Shown here: positions 63,314 to 64,000 of the stretch, piece after piece
How the letters are laid out: every line of letters starts with the position of its first letter
Position numbering within the stretch: the stretch's first letter is position 1
Source: an uncultured Eubacteriales bacterium
GTDB lineage: Bacteria; Bacillota; Clostridia; Oscillospirales; CAG-272
DNA: 64,000 bases
Direction: 5' to 3'
Assembly: GCA_934402395.1 (NCBI GenBank)
Contig: CAKRTQ010000006.1
Coordinates: 16,964 to 80,963 of the forward strand
Notes under the pieces: model-generated
What the model saw: only the letters and a program-made list of their open reading frames with translations
Database searches by the model: none
What the model was told of the DNA's origin: nothing
Program-made: the position numbers and the translations under genes

Positions 63314-64000
63314 TTATTCTTCATCCCGGCGCAGACCGAGACCAAGCGACTGGAGCTTCTGGGTAACTTCTTCAAGCGATTTCTTACCGAGGTTACGCAC
63401 CTTGATCATTTCATCCTCGGAGCGGCTGACAAGATCCGAAACCGTGTCAATTCCCGCGCGCTTCAGACAGTTGAAGCTGCGCACGGACAGGTCAAGATCC
63501 TCAATGGTCATCTCAAGAACCTTTTCTTTGGGGCTTTCGCCGCTAATAACCATTATTTCAGCGTTCTTTGCTTCATCCGACAAATCCACAAACAAGTTGA
63601 GATGCTCGTTGAGAATCTTGGCACCGAGTGAAATCGCTTCTTTTGCCGTTATTGTCCCGTTTGTCAGGACTTCAAGCGTCAGCTTGTCATAGTCGGCAAT
63701 GTTGCTGCCGACACGTGTATTTTCAACACTGTAGCTGACATTGTAAACAGGTGTGTAAATCGAATCGGTATAGATCAGACCGATAGGCGCGCTTACGTTG
63801 GGTCCGTATGCATCGGCGTGGATCAGCTTGTTGCGATCCTGCGACACGTATCCGCGGCCGCACTCAAATGTGAGCTCAACAAACAGGTGTCCGCCCTCAG
63901 CCAGCGTTGCAAGCACATGATCGGGATTGAGTATCTCAATATCCGAATCCTGCTTTATGTCGCCTGCCACGACTTTGTGCGGTCCCGTTACGTCAAGTAT
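63314..64000 (-). CDS. rpoA: DNA-directed RNA polymerase subunit alpha, 3' part (ORF continues past window end)
   Basis: The dimerisation-domain end and the alpha-CTD ([47 protein letters not shown]). The reading frame is open to position 64000. Confidence 0.95.
   Translation of the reverse strand: MLDVTGPHKVVAGDIKQDSDIEILNPDHVLATLAEGGHLFVELTFECGRGYVSQDRNKLIHADAYGPNVSAPIGLIYTDSIYTPVYNVSYSVENTRVGSNIADYDKLTLEVLTNGTITAKEAISLGAKILNEHLNLFVDLSDEAKNAEIMVISGESPKEKVLEMTIEDLDLSVRSFNCLKRAGIDTVSDLVSRSEDEMIKVRNLGKKSLEEVTQKLQSLGLGLRRDEE

Overview
This is a 64 kb chromosomal window that looks like a spore-forming Clostridia-type Firmicute. That placement is an inference from spoVT, SLH domains, CIRCE-groESL, a long Bacillus-type SRP RNA and the dnaX-ybaB-recR arrangement.

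About 54 protein genes are supported.

- **Housekeeping blocks:** SRP RNA-dnaX-ybaB-recR, murA, spoVT, rtcB, glcK, groES/groEL, hisS, rplQ and the 3' part of rpoA.
- **Accessory region 1 (about 0.3-4.5 kb):** a YoaP-like acetyltransferase, a membrane-tethered XRE regulator and a membrane-tethered barnase-family RNase with no visible barstar.
- **Accessory region 2 (17.1-19.8 kb):** a G+C-rich two-gene phage-tail-fibre-like module. Its second protein embeds an intact HCX5R tyrosine-phosphatase-like domain.
- **Accessory region 3 (19.9-41.9 kb):** a 22 kb, single-strand Wzx/Wzy capsule/EPS locus. It carries fnlABC (UDP-L-FucNAc), six glycosyltransferases and a split Wzz/BY-kinase. It also carries an uncharacterised kinase-motif protein and a 1871-aa secreted phosphodiester-glycosidase/LRR giant inserted mid-operon.
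- **Accessory region 4 (43.1-50.2 kb):** a six-gene operon of response regulator, histidine kinase, VTC-domain protein, DUF4956 membrane protein and two beta-helix lipoproteins, one of them frameshifted in an A6 run. I consider this the best candidate for an undescribed system, possibly a bacterial VTC-like polyphosphate or polyanion synthesis and export module.

Other observations:
- a family of about 39-nt perfect palindromes (7 copies), two of which bracket a MITE-like element;
- a candidate promoter-to-terminator sRNA;
- a duplicated pair of SPXTG-sorted surface proteins.

All family assignments come from motif recognition by eye. No HMM or BLAST was run, and coordinates of non-coding elements may be off by 1-2 nt.
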